Below, piece by piece: positions 58,163 to 64,000 of a stretch of 64,000 nt of DNA (the stretch's first letter is position 1; every line of letters starts with the position of its first letter). The translations under genes were made by a program, and so were the position numbers. The notes beneath the pieces are model-generated. The model did not search any database. It was given only the letters and a program-made list of their open reading frames with translations, and was not told the origin of the DNA. Source of the DNA: Eledone cirrhosa (taxonomy: Eukaryota); the NCBI GenBank assembly GCA_964016885.1, contig OZ024760.1:30814001-30878000 (forward strand), read 5' to 3'.

Positions 58163-60985
58163 GTAATATAAAGTGTGATGTAATGTGTAATGTAATGTAA
58201 TGTAATGTAATGTAATGTAATGTAATGTAATGTAATGTAATGTGTAATGTAATGTAATGTAATGTAATGTAACGTAATGTAATGTAATGTAATGTAATGT
58301 AAAGTGTAATGTAATGTAATGTAATGTAATGTAATGTAATGTAATGTGTAATGCAATTCAATGTAATGTAATGTAATGTAATGTAATGTAATGTAATGTA
58401 ATGTAATATAATGTAATGTAATGTGTAATGTAATGAATGTAATGTAATGTAATGTAATGTAATGTGTAATGTAATGTAATGTGTAATGTAATGTAATGTA
58501 ATGTAATGTAATGTAATGTGTAATGTAATGTAATGTAATGTAATGTGTAATGTAATGTAATGTAATGTAACGTAATGTAATGTAATGTGTAACGTAATGT
58601 AATGTAATGTAATGTGATGTAATGTAATGTGTAACGTAATGTAATGTGTAATGTAATGTAATGTTAAGTAATGTAATGTAATGTAATGTAATGTAATGTA
58701 ATGTAATGTAATGTAATGTGTAATGTAATGTAATGTAATGTGTAATGTAATGTAATGTATAATGTAATGTAATGTAATGTAATTAATGTAATGTAATGTG
58801 TAATGTAATGTAATGTAATGTAATGTAATGTAATGTAATGTAATGTAATGTAATGTGTAATGTGTAATGTAATGTAACGTAATGTAACGTAATGTAATGT
58901 AATGTAATGTAATGTAATGTGTAATGTAATGTAATGTAATGTAATGTAATGTAATGTAATGTAATGTAATGTGTAATGTAATGTAATGTGTAATGTAATG
59001 TAATGTAATGTAATGTAATGTAATGTAATGTGTAATGTAATGTAATGTAATGTAATGTAATGTAATGTCTAATGTAATGTAATGTAATGTAATGTGTAAT
59101 GTAATGTAATGTAATGTAATGTAATGTCTAATGTAATGTAATGTAATGTAATGTGTAATGTAATGTAATGTAATGTAATGTAATGTGTAATGTAATGTAA
59201 TGTAATGTAATGTAATGTAATGTAATGTAAAGTAATGTAATGTAATGTAATGTAATGTAATGTAATGTAATGTAATGTGTAATGTAACGTAATGTAATGT
59301 AATGTAATGTGTAATTTAATGTAATGTAATGTAATGTAATGTGTAATGTAATGTAATGTAATGTAATGTAATGTAATGTGTAATGTAATGTAATGTAATG
59401 TAATGTAATGTAGTGTAATGCAATGTAATGTAATGTAATGTAATGTGTAATGTAATGTAATGTAATGTAATGTAATGTAATCTAATGTGTAATGTAATGT
59501 AATGTAATGTAATGTAATGTAATTTAATGTGTAATGTAATGTAATGTAAAGTGTAATGTAATGTTATGTAATGTAATGTAATGTAACGTAATGTAATGTA
59601 ATGTAATGTAATGTGTAATGTAATGTAATGTAATGTAATGTAATGTAATGTAATGTAATGTAATGTAATGTAACGTAATGTAATGTAATGTAATGTAATG
59701 TGTAATGTAATGTAATGTAATGTAATGTAATGTAATGTAATGTGTAATGTAATGTAATGTAATGTAATGTGTAATGTAACGTAACGTAATGTAATGTAAT
59801 GTGTAATTTAATGTAATGTAATGTAATGTAATGTAATGTTTAACGTAATGTAATGTAATGTAATGTGTAATGTGTCATGTAATGTAATGTAATGTAATGT
59901 AATGTAATGTGTAATGTAATGTAATGTAATCTAATGTAATGTAATGTAATGTAATGTAACATGTAATGTAATGTAATGTAATGTAATGTAATGTGTAATG
60001 TAATGTAATGTAATGTGTAATGTAACGTAATGTAATGTAATGTGTAATGTCATATAATGTAATGTGTAATGTAACTTAATGTAATGTAATGTAATGTGTA
60101 ATGTAAGGTAATGTAATGTAATGTAATGTTTATGTGTAATGTAATGTAACGCAATGTAATGTAATGTAATGTAATGTAATGTGGAATGTAATGTAATGTA
60201 ATGTAATGTAATGTGTAATGTAATGTAATGTGTAATGTAATGTAATGTTACGTGTAATGTAATGTAATGTAATGTAATGTGTAAAGTAATGTGTAATGTA
60301 ATGTAATGTAATGTAATGTGTAATGTAATGTAATGTAATGTAATGTAAGATAATGTAATGTAATGTGTAATGTAATGTAATGTAAAGTGTAATGTAATGT
60401 AATGTAATGTAATGTAATGTAATGTGTAATGTAATGTGTAATGTAATGTAATGTAATGTGTAACGTAATGTAATGTAATGTAATGTAAGGTAATGTAATG
60501 TAATGTAATGTGTAATGTAATGTAATGTAATGTAATGTAATATAATGTGTAATGTAATGTAATGTAATGTACTGAAATGTGTAATGTAATGTAACGTAAT
60601 GTAATGTAATGTAATGTAATGTAATGTAATGTAATGTAATGTAATGTAATGTAATGTGTAATGTAATGTAATGTAATGTAATGTAATGTGTAATGTAATG
60701 TAATGTAATGTAATGTAATGTAATGTAATGTAATGTGTAATGTAATGTAATGTAATGTGTAATGTAAGGTAATGTAATGTGTAATGTAATGTAATGTAAT
60801 GTAATGTATGTGTAATGTAATGTGTAATGTAATGTAATGTAATCTAATGTAATGTAATGTGTAATGTAATGTAATGTAATGTAATGTAATGTAATGTGTA
60901 ATGTAATGTGTAATGTAATGTAAAGTAATGTAATGTAATGTAATGTGTAATGTAATGTAATGTAATGTAATGTAATGTAATATAA

Positions 60986-61170
60986 TTGTTTCTACTTTAG
61001 GCACAAGGCCAGCAATTATCCAGTGCATTACTGGTACTTTATTCTATCGACCCCGTAAGGATGAAAGGCAAAGTCAACCTCGGCGGGATTTGAACTCAGA
61101 TCGTAAATGGACGTAACTATGCTGGAAAGCATGACGTCCGACCCTCTACCGATACTGCCAATCCACCACC
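60986..61170 (-). mobile_element. Full-length 185-bp tRNA-type SINE, copy 2
   Basis: Same length as the other full copies with 3-4 substitutions. Same GTAATATAA flanks (60977-60985 and 61171-61179). Confidence 0.9.
61086..61160 (-). promoter_or_regulatory. Internal RNA polymerase III type-2 promoter (A box 61149-61160, B box 61086-61097)
   Basis: A and B boxes identical to those of the 58 kb copy. Confidence 0.75.
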
Positions 61171-63535
61171 GTAATATAAAGTGTGATGTAATGTGTAATG
61201 TAATGTAATGTAATGTAATGTAATGTGTAATGTAATGTAATGTAATGTAACGTAATTTAATGTAATGTGTAATGTAATGTAATGTAATGTAATGTAACGT
61301 AATGTAATGTAATGTAATGTAATGTAATGTGTAATGTAATGTAATGTAATGTAATGTAATGTAATGTAATGTAATGTAATGTGTAATGTAATGTAATGTA
61401 ATGTAATGTAATGTAATGTGTAATGTAACGTAACGTAATGTAATGTAATGTGTAATTTAATGTAATGTAATGTAATGTAATGTAATGTTTAACGTAATGT
61501 AATGTAATGTAATGTGTAATGTGTCATGTAATGTAATGTAATGTAATGTAATGTAATGTAATGTGTAATGTAATCTAATCTAATCTAATGTAATGTAATG
61601 TAATGTAATGTAATGTAATGTCATGTAATGTAATGTAACGTGTAATGTAATGTGTAATGTAAGGTAATGTAATGTAATGTAATGTAATGTAATGTAATGT
61701 GTAATGTAATGTAATGTAATGTAATGTAATGTGTAATGTAAGGTAATGTAATGTAATGTAATGTAATGTGTAATGTAATGTAACGTAATGTAATGTAATG
61801 TAATGTAATGTAATGTAATGTAATGTAATGTAATGTAATGTAATGTGTAAAGTAATGTAATATGTAATGTAATGTAATGTTACGTGTAATGTAATGTAAT
61901 GTAATGTAATGTAATGTAATCTGTAAAGTAATGTGTAATGTAATGTAATGTAATGTAATGTGTAATGTAATGTAATGTAATGTAATGTAATGTAATCTAA
62001 TGTGTAATGTAATGTAATGTAATGTAATGTAATGTAATGTAATTTAATGTGTAATGTAATGTAATGTAAAGTGTAATGTAATGTTATGTAATGTAATGTA
62101 ATGTAACGTAATGTAATGTAATGTAATGTGTAATGTAATGTAATGTAATGTAATGTAATGTAATGTAATGTAACGTAATGTAATGTAATGTAATGTAATG
62201 TGTAATGTAATGTAATGTAATGTAATGTAATGTAATGTAATGTAATGTAATGTGTAATGTAATGTAATGTAATGTAATGTGTAATGTAACGTAACGTAAT
62301 GTAATGTAATGTGTATTTAATGTAATGTAATGTAATGTAATGTAATGTTTAACGTAATGTAATGTAATGTAATGTGTAATGTGTCACGTAATGTAATGTA
62401 ATGTAATGTAATGTAATGTGTAATGTAATGTGTAATGTAATGTAATGTAATCTAATGTAATGTAATGTAATGTAATATAACATGTAATGTAATGTAATGT
62501 AATGTAATGTAATGTGTAATGTAATGTAATGTAATGTGTAATGTAACGTAATGTAATGTAATGTGTAATGTCATATAATGTAATGTGTAATGTAAGGTAA
62601 TGTAATGTAATGTTATGTAATGTGTAATGTAATTTAATGTAATGTAATGTAATGTGTAATGTAAGGTAATGTAATGTAATGTAATGTTTATGTGTAATGT
62701 AATGTAACGCAATGTAATGTAATGTAATGTAATGTAATGTGGAATGTAATGTAATGTAATGTAATGTAATGTAATGTGTAATGTAATGTAATGTGTAATG
62801 TAATGTAATGTTACGTGTAATGTAATGTAATGTAATGTAATGTGTAAAGTAATGTGTAATGTAATGTAATGTAATGTAATGTGTAATGTAATGTAATGTA
62901 ATGTAATATAATGTAATGTAATGTGTAATGTAATGTAATGTAAAGTGTAATGTAATGTAATGTAATGTAATGTAATGTAATGTGTAATGTAATGTGTAAT
63001 GTAATGTAATGTAATGTGTAACGTAATGTAATGTAATGTAATGTAAGGTAATGTAATGTAATGTGTAATGTAATGTAATGTAATGTAATGTAATGTAATG
63101 TAATATAATGTGTAATGTAATGTAATGTAATGTACTGAAATGTGTAATGTAATGTAATGTAATGTAATGTAATGTAATGTAATGTAATGTAATGTAATGT
63201 GTAATGTAATGTAATGTAATGTAATGTGTAATGTAATGTAATGTAATGTAATGTGTAATGTAATGTAATGTAATGTAATGTAATGTGTAATGTAATGTAA
63301 TGTAATGTGTAATGTAAGGTAATGTAATGTGTAATGTAATGTAATGTAATGTAATGTATGTGTAATGTAATGTGTAATGTAATGTAATGTAATCTAATGT
63401 AATGTAATGTGTAATGTAATGTAATGTAATGTAATGTAATGTAATGTGTAATGTAATGTGTAATGTAATGTAAAGTAATGTAATGTAATGTAATGTGTAA
63501 TGTAATGTAATGTAATGTAATGTAATGTAATATAA

Positions 63536-63720
63536 TTGTTTCTACTTTAGGCACAAGGCCAGCAATTACCCAGTGCATTACTGGTACTTTATTTTATCGA
63601 CCCCGTAAGGATGAAAGGCAAAGTCAACCACGGCGGGATTTGAACTCAGATCGTAAATGGACGTAACTATGCTGGAAAGCATGACGTCCGACCCTCTACC
63701 GATACTGCCAATCCACCACC
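63536..63720 (-). mobile_element. Full-length 185-bp tRNA-type SINE, copy 3
   Basis: Same length, with 3 substitutions relative to each of the other full copies. Same GTAATATAA flanks (63527-63535 and 63721-63729). Confidence 0.9.
63636..63710 (-). promoter_or_regulatory. Internal RNA polymerase III type-2 promoter (A box 63699-63710, B box 63636-63647)
   Basis: A and B boxes identical to those of the other full copies. Confidence 0.75.
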
Positions 63721-64000
63721 GTAATATAAAGTGTGATGTAATGTGTAATGTAATGTAATGTAATGTAATGTAATGTAATGTAATGTAATGTAATGTGTAA
63801 TGTAATGTAATGTAATGTAATGTAACGTAATGTAATGTAATGTAATGTAATGTAAAGTGTAATGTAATGTAATGTAATGTAATGTAATGTAATGTAATGT
63901 GTAATGCAATTCAATGTAATGTAATGTAATGTAATGTAATGTAATGTAATGTAATGTAATGTAATATAATGTAATGTAATGTGTAATGTAATGAATGTAA

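Larger units (their letters stand above)
1..64000. repeat. Pentanucleotide satellite array (TGTAA)n / (CATTA)n with frequent 7-bp TGTGTAA variant units; continues beyond both window edges
   Basis: Directly visible tandem TGTAA units from base 1 to 64000 in one orientation, interrupted only by four short SINE-like inserts. Recurrent variant units include TAACG, TAATA, TAAGG, TAAAG, TTTAA, TGCAA, TCTAA and TGTCA. Confidence 0.99.
55330..64000. repeat. Satellite domain D: about 2.5-3.0 kb higher-order repeat whose unit includes a SINE
   Basis: SINE starts are spaced 3008 and 2550 bp apart. Each is preceded by the same ordered private variants (GTTTATGTG, AACGCAATG, GTGGAATG, GTTACGTG, GTACTGAAATG, GTATGTG). 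GCAATTCAAT occurs at 55401, 58353 and 63906. Confidence 0.88.

Noticed and set aside
56818-63578. ORFs with a non-repetitive N-terminus (MHWVIAGLVPKVETII...) or C-terminus (...WWIGSIGRGSDV...)
   Set aside because: The unique residues are just translation through the non-coding SINE. Nothing supports a real protein.
57978-63720. Possible tRNA genes or a tandem ncRNA gene cluster
   Set aside because: A and B boxes are present, but I cannot form a canonical cloverleaf with an acceptor stem. There is a 100-bp non-tRNA body, no T-run terminator, and a 5'-truncated copy exists. All of this fits a SINE.
451-63914. Many long minus-strand ORFs (up to 546 aa) encoding (HYITL)n
   Set aside because: They are a direct artefact of (CATTA)n, which gives CAT TAC ATT ACA TTA with no stop in any frame. 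The ORFs overlap in multiple frames, start and stop at random variant units, and have no unique domain.
1-64000. Telomeric array
   Set aside because: The G-bearing/C-poor strand asymmetry is telomere-like, but the unit is neither TTAGGG nor TTAGG. Variant patterns are copied in kb-scale blocks, indicating recombinational amplification rather than telomerase synthesis.
1-64000. Pure sequencing or assembly artefact
   Set aside because: Ordered, heritable variant patterns, distinct domains and SINE copies with private substitutions argue for real genomic DNA, although exact run lengths and copy numbers may be imperfect.
1-64000. CpG-decay origin of the satellite (TAACG giving TAATG/TAACA)
   Set aside because: TAACG and TAACA units exist, but most are amplified copies of a few events, so their frequency cannot establish the direction of mutation from this window.

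Overview
The whole 64 kb window is a eukaryotic simple-sequence satellite array built from the pentamer (TGTAA)n, read as (CATTA)n on the minus strand. It is punctuated by a frequent 7-bp variant (TGTGTAA) and many single-base variant units. There are no credible protein-coding genes. All predicted ORFs are on the minus strand and arise because (CATTA)n is stop-free and translates to (HYITL)n. Rare variant units act as markers and divide the array into four domains with nested higher-order duplications from about 0.2 kb to about 10 kb. The only complex sequence is a 185-bp tRNA-type SINE on the minus strand with Pol III A and B boxes. It occurs as three full copies (57978-58162, 60986-61170, 63536-63720) co-amplified with the satellite and one 85-bp 5'-truncated copy (20081-20165). 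From memory it resembles the abundant octopus SINEs, but this is unverified. The most interesting hypotheses are (i) repeated same-orientation entry of this SINE into the satellite and (ii) Pol III promoters pointing into a strand with almost no T4 terminator, which could yield long satellite RNAs. All positions were read by eye. I found no evidence of a new gene-encoded system.
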